The notes beneath the pieces were generated by a model. That model did no database searches. It worked only from the letters and a program-made list of their open reading frames with translations, and had not been told where the DNA came from. Below, in pieces: positions 63,515 through 64,000 of a stretch of 64,000 bases of DNA. This stretch comes from Candidatus Bathyarchaeota archaeon (GTDB lineage: Archaea; Thermoproteota; Bathyarchaeia; Bathyarchaeales; Bathycorpusculaceae), in NCBI GenBank assembly GCA_963717465.1, contig OY970340.1:2336001-2400000 (forward strand), in the 5' to 3' direction. The first letter of the stretch is position 1; every line of letters starts with the position of its first letter. A program made the position numbers and the translations under genes.

Positions 63515-64000
63515 TCAAGCGGCCTCTTCTATTGGATCTTTATCTTCAAAACTTACACCTTCAGGATAAGCAGCCTTCCAAACTGCATTGTTGAATTTCT
63601 TTTTCAAATCATTAAAGCATGCGTCACATCGTCTAAGAGTATCCTTTTCTGGGGTTACTATTTCCTTAGTAATTGCAAGTTGACTGCAGGCTTCACATTT
63701 TTCCCCGTCCTTAATTTCCTTAACCCAAAAAGTCGGCTTTGTAGCGAGTGTATCGAGTGTATCAGGTGGGTATATACTCTTATTTTTAGATTCTTCACTA
63801 CTCTCTATTTTAGAGAGAGTAATAGGAGTCGCTACAGTCGCTACAGTCGCTACAGTCGCTACAGTCGCTACATCTAAGCTTTTCTGAGATGCCTCGCTTT
63901 TTTTAGCATAAGTAACATTCATGTAAACATGAATTCCTGCTTTTCCGTCGATTCTTTGTGTGGTTTGGATGACTTGAGGAATTTGCTTTGTTAATTCTTG
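63515..64000 (-). CDS. C-terminus of a larger protein, possibly a primase/helicase replication protein
   Basis: The frame is open from 64000 (QELTKQIP...RIDGKAGIHVY) through ATG 63922; (VAT)5 repeat and two C-terminal CxxC pairs. Confidence 0.6.
   Translation of the reverse strand, partial: QELTKQIPQVIQTTQRIDGKAGIHVYMNVTYAKKSEASQKSLDVATVATVATVATVATPITLSKIESSEESKNKSIYPPDTLDTLATKPTFWVKEIKDGEKCEACSQLAITKEIVTPEKDTLRRCDACFNDLKKKFNNAVWKAAYPEGVSFEDKDPIEEAA
63740..63872. repeat. Opposed 9-bp repeat arrays (iteron-like)
   Basis: GTCGCTACA x5 at 63828-63872; inverted degenerate copies TGTAGCGAG, TGTATCGAG, TGTATCAGG at 63740-63766. Confidence 0.85.

Larger units (their letters stand above)
61348..64000 (-). 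mobile_element. End of an integrated provirus/plasmid-like element (continues beyond window)
   Basis: Integrase next to a tRNA, tightly packed co-oriented small ORFs, iteron-like repeats. Confidence 0.75.

Overview
Archaeal chromosomal window. The gene content (archaeal TyrS, PyrH, TrmB/Lrp/PadR regulators, PAS/MEDS histidine kinases, DUF1614, DUF123, Zn-ribbon tyrosine integrase) suggests Bathyarchaeia; this taxonomy is inference. It is mostly accessory genes (ABC/MFS transporters, radical SAM enzymes, sensors, several pseudogene remnants), then a housekeeping block (alkA, pyrH, tyrS), tRNA-His and the left end of an integrated element. Three signals stand out. (1) An acetylene-hydratase-like molybdopterin oxidoreductase (40586-42883, minus) is interrupted by one in-frame UGA at the expected Mo/W-ligand Cys position, followed by an in-CDS bacterial-type SECIS-like hairpin: a candidate archaeal selenoprotein with bacterial-style recoding. 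(2) Two tandem non-tRNA cassettes at 12086-12331 (minus) are each closed by a canonical bulge-helix-bulge motif with a compensatory base change: candidate splicing-endonuclease-excised circular RNAs. (3) A ~200-nt double-hairpin ncRNA with ACA motifs lies at 59347-59550. Several single-base indels in otherwise intact genes suggest sequencing or assembly errors. All homology calls come from motif recognition, not database searches.
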